Shown here in pieces: positions 53,686 to 59,230 of a stretch of 59,230 bases of DNA (the first letter of the stretch is position 1; every line of letters starts with the position of its first letter). The notes below the pieces were generated by a model. That model was not told where the DNA came from. It saw only the letters and a program-made list of their open reading frames with translations, and did not search any database. The stretch is from IMG/VR virus record IMGVR_UViG_3300012936_000013, positions 1-59,230 of that record; one strand, 5' to 3'. The position numbers and the translations under genes are program-made. The stretch comes from a virus (taxonomy: Duplodnaviria > Caudoviricetes).

Positions 53686-54021
53686 TTATCCCCTCACCAC
53701 ACGAAGTGCGTCTGGTAGTGGCACCGGAACAACGATCATCTCTCCTAATTCCACATGAGACTCTGTAGGTTTTGAATTGAATCTGGCAATCACCCACCAA
53801 AAAGAAGAATCACCATAATATTTGTGTGCGAGCTTATAAAAGCGGTCGCCAACTGACCACACGTGAGTGATAGTCTCAACTTGTGCAGCTAAATCTGGGG
53901 TTATCTCTCTCATCTTCGGAGTTGGATAATGATCAATAAACTTGACACCCCTCTTGCGGAAAGTCTCCTCGTACATTTCGTCCTGATTTCTTATTGTGCT
54001 TCTGTCAATCCTCTTTCCCAT
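53686..54021 (-). CDS. Baseplate wedge gp53/LysM-like (tail X) protein
   Basis: GDRFYKLAHKYYGDSSFWWVIARFN...G..I.VP. Confidence 0.8.
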   Translation of the reverse strand: MGKRIDRSTIRNQDEMYEETFRKRGVKFIDHYPTPKMREITPDLAAQVETITHVWSVGDRFYKLAHKYYGDSSFWWVIARFNSKPTESHVELGEMIVVPVPLPDALRVVRG

Positions 54022-54026
54022 AGTTA

Positions 54027-54755
54027 TTAGCCTCCAAACCCACGGCGAATTGCTGCCTCTGCCCGACCAGCTACCGATGCTGGTTCTGCTGCTGCATCAG
54101 GACTCGCATTGCCATTCGCTGATGGTGGTGCTGGTAAAACCGTTTTACCTTTATTGTATGGGTATTGCGCTGGAAAGAGATCTCCGCCCTCCGTCTTGTA
54201 TCCCAAGTCGTGAGTGTGCATAACAGTAAACGTGCAAGTCAACGCAATCGTTTGCGGGTAAACATACGCACCACCGTCACTCTCAAAAAACCCTTGATCT
54301 AGATCGGGCGAATATGCAAAGCCGTCAATGGTTCCTGTCAAGCCACCCTCTTTGGCAGACACACCCGGTGCTCCCGATGCTGCATCTTGCACAAGATTAG
54401 CAAACTTTAATCTAATTAATGGAGAACCTTTCATCGTAGTTCCCTCGTAAGACGGATACAACATTTTAAATAGTTGAGAACATTTCTCCATATTGCTCTC
54501 AGCTTCTTCAGCGCCGTCTGCTACACAATCCCACGAAATACTAATTGTTCTGGTCGTGCCTTTGAAGGTCTGAATGGGATCCATTCTACCGTACACGTCC
54601 TCACTGTTCCACTCAGAAGCAAAAGAGTCTTCAAAGTCTGTAAGGAAAGCTCTAAATTTTACTGTGTCGCCAGTCAGCACTGAAAAGAATTCAATTACTT
54701 GTCCTCGCTGCTCTTGGCGGGCTGGACCGTTGACATATCCTGTATTTTCTGCCAT
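54027..54755 (-). CDS. Tail-tube initiator/baseplate (gp48/gp54-like) protein
   Basis: FRAFLTDF.D...W....YGRMDPIQTFKGT.R.IS...YP...P..I..TC.F; follows the tape measure gene. Confidence 0.7.
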   Translation of the reverse strand: MAENTGYVNGPARQEQRGQVIEFFSVLTGDTVKFRAFLTDFEDSFASEWNSEDVYGRMDPIQTFKGTTRTISISWDCVADGAEEAESNMEKCSQLFKMLYPSYEGTTMKGSPLIRLKFANLVQDAASGAPGVSAKEGGLTGTIDGFAYSPDLDQGFFESDGGAYVYPQTIALTCTFTVMHTHDLGYKTEGGDLFPAQYPYNKGKTVLPAPPSANGNASPDAAAEPASVAGRAEAAIRRGFGG

Positions 54756-54775
54756 TTTATTTTACCTCAGTTAAC

Positions 54776-57700
54776 TTAATTAGTTCTTAGGTTGTGTTTA
54801 TCTTCTAAATGAACATCAATAGCTCTGCCAAGCTCACGCCCGTTCAGTTCTAAGACAATATCCTTGCTGGCTCCTGACTCTCCACCGCCAGAACTTGACT
54901 CTCCACTGTTAATCTGTTTCAGTGCTTGGACAAATGCATCAACACTTGGTGCTTTATATTTAGCTTGTACATCTGCGTAAACAGCCGCCTGTTCAACGAG
55001 ACCCGAGACGTTCTCCACAGCTTCTGGGGTTACCTTAACTGACGCATCCGCTACCGAGGTCATCAATGTGGACATTGCAAAAGCCTTCTCCTCTGGCATG
55101 AGGGCAAGTGCCGATGAAACGCCGATGACACCGAATGCTATCTCCCACATCACATCTGCAATGTTTTTCAAGTCTGACAGAGCAGCAAGCCCCTCAAAGA
55201 ACTGACCAAGCGCCACCGCCTTTTCGGTCGGTACAGACTCAAAGCTCGTAGCCAACATGGAAAGAGCATTTTGGAATACTCCAATACCAGTTGAGAAGAA
55301 TGGTAGAGATGCGGCAAGTCCAACCGCCAACATTGAGAATGCAAAAGTAACAAGACCCGGACCCATCTTTGCAAGCCCTTCACCAATCGCTGGTAATTGC
55401 GCTGCAAACGGAGCAATTAAAGCAATAGCCTCACCGAATCGGAAAAGTGGACCTGCTAAGAAGTATAAGGCTGGTGCTAATATAAACGATGCAATAGCAA
55501 ACGGTAATGCTCCAAGCAGAAGCGTTATTCCTGAGTCCGCTATACCCCGAGCGAACACCGGCAACGCCTCACCAATCTCATGCATCATCTTGCCTGATCC
55601 CGGTTTCCAAACCTTCAGCGCAAGACCAAGAACCATCAAGCCCGGTGCTGCTGCTAGTGCACCAATACCAAAAAGAATACCACCATAGAACATAGGCAGC
55701 CCAGCCATCGCCATTGCCAATGCAAAAACAGGTAGCACAACTGCCAACCCTTCCATGATTTGATAAGATTTCTTGCCAAAAATCTTGAGCGCCAGTCCTA
55801 GAATAAGTAGACCGCCTGCCACCGCTAGGGCTCCACCGGTAAATGTCGTACCTGCCATGTACATAAATGGCGCAGCAAAGAACAACCCAAGTGAGAAAGC
55901 GATCAATGCGGGTGCAAGCCGTGTCATGGTTTTAGCTGATTTTCTGTCAAAAAGTTTTAATCCCATACCGATGGCTAAAAGACCCAGACCGATTAACAGT
56001 GCTGCCGGTGCAAACGTCGCTGCCGCCAACAGCATCAGCGGAGATGCAAAGAACAGCGAGAGTGCAAACAGTGCAAGAGTCGGACCAAGCAATGCCATGA
56101 CTGGAATTGTCTTGTCGTTGAATAATAATAAAGCCATACCGATCAGCAACAACCCTGTTCCAACTAGAATCGCCGCTGGAGCAAACAGGGCACCTGCAAT
56201 CAGCATTAATGGCGCTGAGAATATTAGACCTGCCGCCAGAACGGATAATGCTGGTCCCAAGAGAGCCATAATCAATACCGTCTCAAAGCCGAATAGTTGA
56301 AGTGCTGCTCCCAAGACTCCCAAACCGACTCCAAGTAGGAGTGCCGCTGGTGCTATGACAAGTGCCGCTGATCCAAAAGGAATAGATGCAGCCAAAAGAG
56401 CCCCTGCGAACATCGGCAAGAAAATTGACAGCAGAATCATTCCCGGAATTCCCAAGGTCGCAATCGCAAGACCCACGCCCAGTACGGCGAACCCGATACC
56501 AAGAGCAACCGCCGCTGGTGCTATCGCTCCCGCTGCCAGACCCATTGGAATTGCCGATGCCAACAGAGACATTGCAAAAGCCGGTAAGACCGCAGACAAC
56601 AAGACCATACTTGGAATGCCCAGCATCCCAATCAGCAAGCCCACACCTAGAACAGCAAAACCGTACCCCAATGCCACAGCCGCTGGAACCATCATCGCTG
56701 CTGCCACCATGAGAAGTGGTGCTGATGCAAACAATGAAATTGCAAAAGCAGGCAAGACCATGGCGAGCGCAGCCATTGCTGGAATCCCTAATGTCGCAAT
56801 CATCAGACCGACCCCAAGTGCCGCAAAGCCGACACCCAGTCCGATGAGGGCAGGCACGGCAATCGCCGAAGTAGCTAGAAGTGGAGCAGCCATCGCCATA
56901 GCTATGGCAAATGGTACAATCGTGAGTGTTAATCCAATCATCGCCAAGAATGATTTTCCATCAAAAAGTTTCAGAGCCGCACCAAAGATTAAAAGACCCA
57001 CCGATCCCACAATGAGACCCGGTGCCATTGCCATCATGCCCTGACCAATTCCCGCTGCTGATATAACAAATAAAGGAATAATTGGTGCCATCAAGGCAAC
57101 CATGCCGACGAACGCCAATAGGGTCGCCATAAACATTCCAAGACCAAAGACAGCCGGTAAAATCGCATCAGGCATCTGCATGAACGCCTTGACTAAAGAT
57201 ACAATAGAATAGACAACAATTGCTGCCGAAATAGCAACGAGTCCCATGCCAAGCGCAATAGCCGCAAGTGCACCAACAGCGAGGATTGCCGGTGGAGATC
57301 CTAATGCTGCCATGCCAGCAGCGAGACCAAGCATACCGCCGCTTGCTGGTCCTGCTGTTGTCGCAACTGCTGTTTGAGCCACCGCCTGTTTTCCGAACAC
57401 CAGTGCCAAAAGACTTGAAGCGGCAGCAAGAGCATAGCGACCAACAGCCGCTGCTTTCTCCGCTATCGTCAAGGCAATCGTCTTCGCCGTCGCAAAAGCA
57501 CTAGCCGCTGCCATTCTTAGAGAGGCTAGAATACCCATGTTTTTAGCTGCCGTGTTGGCTGTAGTAGCTGTGGTGTTTATACTCGTGGCACCCGTGTTCA
57601 CGCCCTTCGCAGTAGTGTTTCCTGCGGTCGCTGCGGTGTTGAGACCTTCTTGTGTCGTTGCTCCCGCTGTTGCTGCTGCGTTCTGAGCTTCAGACAACGC

Positions 57701-59230
57701 ATTCGCATTCGTCGCAGTAGAGTTCATACCCTTCGCAGTGGTGTTCGCTGTGGTCTGTGACGTGTTAAGAGCTTCTTGTGTTGTTGCCGCCTGTGTCTGA
57801 ACCGCATTTTGTGCCTCGGCTACTGCGTTAGCATTCGTGGCAGTGGTATTTGTTCCCTTAGCTGCCGTGTTTTGAACAGCCGTGTTTGTGCTCATCTGTT
57901 TACATAAAGTTTCTTTATCGCAGGCTAAGGCGGCTTGTGTCTGAGCCGCCTCTTGTGCTTTCGTCGCTGCCACGTCGTTCATCTTGGCGATTTGTGAGGC
58001 TGTTAACTCTGCCTGCTCTTTCTTGTCTAGTATACCTAACATCTTCTTAATGGCAGTCAGTTGCTTTAATCCGTTGTACATCAGAGCATATACGCCAATT
58101 GCCCCTATAAGAACGGGCAAAAGCATACCACCTGTAACGTCATTAATTCCTAGAAGTATGTTAAAAAATCCATGTAGCATGTTTACAAGCGGCTGAACCG
58201 CTACAGCCAACTGCTGAACCACCATCATTAATTTTTCTTTTACGGAGACTGAAGCCTGAGTCCTTTTTTCTAGCTCGGCTTGCGATACTGCATTCTCCTC
58301 AGCCTTGCGCTGAGCTTCTTCATAGCCTGCCAAGCCTCCGCTAAACATCTTGTTGGCTTCAGCCATGTCGGAGATGCCAGCAGCATTGGCGACAGCCATT
58401 CTTTCAAAACGATTCATTGAAGACCAACTTTTACCAGAAGCCTCTACGCCTTGCAAAAGAAGTTTAATTCTTTCTTCTTCAGATGCATTAATCATCTCGT
58501 AAGAGTTCAATAAATCGCCGCCAAGAATATTATTTAATTTACCAACGGCTGAAGCAGCGCCTTCAAATGTGTCAAACTGACTGGTGAATCCCAAAAGGGT
58601 GTTCATCTCAACACCCAGACCCTTAGCTGCTGCCATTACTTTTTTGAAAATCTTCGGCGCATCTTTTCCATACTGTGCAAGGGCTGGCATAGCGTTTTCA
58701 AACTCTTGCGCCATCTTGCCAACAGGAACACCGATCCCCATCGCTGTTCTCGCAAGTTCGTCATTGGTTGCCATAGCTTGCTGGGCTGTCATGCCCATGC
58801 CCTTCATTAGCTGGTCGTTTATTTTACCAGTGGTCTGGGCTGAGACTCCCAACCTCTCCATTCGTGCTGTCTGTGCCACTAGGGCAGTCTGAACCTCGGA
58901 TGATGCGTCAGAAAATCCTGACATGCTCTCGTTCAATCCTTGAATCGCCTGAGCAGCGCCATCAATACTCACACCAAAGCGGGCATTGGAGTCTGCCACA
59001 TCCATGATCATGTCATTGTATCTGTGTCCTTGTCCGGTAGCAGCAGCAAGAGAAGCCGACGCACTGTCAAATTGCCAGACCGCCATCATGGTAGATTCTT
59101 GAATCTTCATGAGAGCACCACCGAGAAGATTCGCTGGACTCATCATTGTCATGATGGAACCCTGCAACATTTTCATGCGGGTGCCTAGCTCGGAAAACCC
59201 ACCTTTAGCCATTGAACCCCAGAGAGTTTG
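54776..59230 (-). CDS. Tape measure protein, 5' end probably beyond the window
   Basis: More than 1478 aa, Ala/Gly/Leu-rich helical repeats, FDTFEGAA..VGKLN..LGG, C-terminal IVLELNGRELG; frame open to base 59230. Confidence 0.85.
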   Translation of the reverse strand, partial: QTLWGSMAKGGFSELGTRMKMLQGSIMTMMSPANLLGGALMKIQESTMMAVWQFDSASASLAAATGQGHRYNDMIMDVADSNARFGVSIDGAAQAIQGLNESMSGFSDASSEVQTALVAQTARMERLGVSAQTTGKINDQLMKGMGMTAQQAMATNDELARTAMGIGVPVGKMAQEFENAMPALAQYGKDAPKIFKKVMAAAKGLGVEMNTLLGFTSQFDTFEGAASAVGKLNNILGGDLLNSYEMINASEEERIKLLLQGVEASGKSWSSMNRFERMAVANAAGISDMAEANKMFSGGLAGYEEAQRKAEENAVSQAELEKRTQASVSVKEKLMMVVQQLAVAVQPLVNMLHGFFNILLGINDVTGGMLLPVLIGAIGVYALMYNGLKQLTAIKKMLGILDKKEQAELTASQIAKMNDVAATKAQEAAQTQAALACDKETLCKQMSTNTAVQNTAAKGTNTTATNANAVAEAQNAVQTQAATTQEALNTSQTTANTTAKGMNSTATNANALSEAQNAAATAGATTQEGLNTAATAGNTTAKGVNTGATSINTTATTANTAAKNMGILASLRMAAASAFATAKTIALTIAEKAAAVGRYALAAASSLLALVFGKQAVAQTAVATTAGPASGGMLGLAAGMAALGSPPAILAVGALAAIALGMGLVAISAAIVVYSIVSLVKAFMQMPDAILPAVFGLGMFMATLLAFVGMVALMAPIIPLFVISAAGIGQGMMAMAPGLIVGSVGLLIFGAALKLFDGKSFLAMIGLTLTIVPFAIAMAMAAPLLATSAIAVPALIGLGVGFAALGVGLMIATLGIPAMAALAMVLPAFAISLFASAPLLMVAAAMMVPAAVALGYGFAVLGVGLLIGMLGIPSMVLLSAVLPAFAMSLLASAIPMGLAAGAIAPAAVALGIGFAVLGVGLAIATLGIPGMILLSIFLPMFAGALLAASIPFGSAALVIAPAALLLGVGLGVLGAALQLFGFETVLIMALLGPALSVLAAGLIFSAPLMLIAGALFAPAAILVGTGLLLIGMALLLFNDKTIPVMALLGPTLALFALSLFFASPLMLLAAATFAPAALLIGLGLLAIGMGLKLFDRKSAKTMTRLAPALIAFSLGLFFAAPFMYMAGTTFTGGALAVAGGLLILGLALKIFGKKSYQIMEGLAVVLPVFALAMAMAGLPMFYGGILFGIGALAAAPGLMVLGLALKVWKPGSGKMMHEIGEALPVFARGIADSGITLLLGALPFAIASFILAPALYFLAGPLFRFGEAIALIAPFAAQLPAIGEGLAKMGPGLVTFAFSMLAVGLAASLPFFSTGIGVFQNALSMLATSFESVPTEKAVALGQFFEGLAALSDLKNIADVMWEIAFGVIGVSSALALMPEEKAFAMSTLMTSVADASVKVTPEAVENVSGLVEQAAVYADVQAKYKAPSVDAFVQALKQINSGESSSGGGESGASKDIVLELNGRELGRAIDVHLEDKHNLRTN

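Noticed and set aside
555-59188. Numerous plus-strand ORFs in the track (e.g. 10598-11365, 12837-13451, 56355-57044)
   Set aside because: They are antisense shadows of well-supported minus-strand genes and show no recognisable motifs
1-59230. CRISPR array, tRNA, rRNA, integrase or transposase
   Set aside because: No regularly spaced repeats, cloverleaf or recombinase/transposase motifs seen by eye; intergenic gaps are short. tRNAscan and Infernal were not run
1-59230. Stop-codon reassignment
   Set aside because: Long conserved genes are intact in the standard code, and TAA, TAG and TGA all end genes
1-59230. Bacterial chromosome origin suggested by groEL, dnaE, clpP and recA
   Set aside because: Tail and baseplate genes, gp32-like SSB, single-strand dense packing and broken operon context (groES far from groEL) indicate a phage

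Overview
This window is a 59 kb segment of a large tailed dsDNA bacteriophage, probably a myovirus-type and distantly T4-like. Nearly every credible gene lies on the minus strand, so it is read from right to left. First comes a tail/baseplate block (partial tape measure protein, tube-initiator-like, gp53/LysM-like wedge, hub). Next is a replication and nucleotide block: a compact PolA-like protein, a tubulin/FtsZ-like protein, gp32-like SSB, RecA/UvsX, a deaminase, a 5'-3' exonuclease, a DnaB-like helicase, class II RNR, DnaE, dUTPase, an adenine methylase and IMPDH/GMPR. Chaperone and protease genes (GroEL, GroES, Hsp20, DnaJ, ClpP) and lysis enzymes are dispersed, and a long accessory region follows. 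Cys-rich 'CDGxDNDCDG' repeats and a DAG-rich lipoprotein suggest a Myxococcota/deltaproteobacterial-type host (inference). The most interesting signals are: (i) unrelated enzyme domains (ART-like, GNAT, HAD, P-loop kinase, nuclease) sharing short N-terminal leaders that resemble capsid-targeting signals, (ii) a circularly permuted patatin, (iii) a recurring non-sigma70 upstream motif, one copy of which overlaps a hairpin covering a lysin ribosome-binding site, and (iv) several small ORFs missed by the ORF track (metallothionein-like, ArfA-like). All calls come from reading motifs by eye; no database searches were run.
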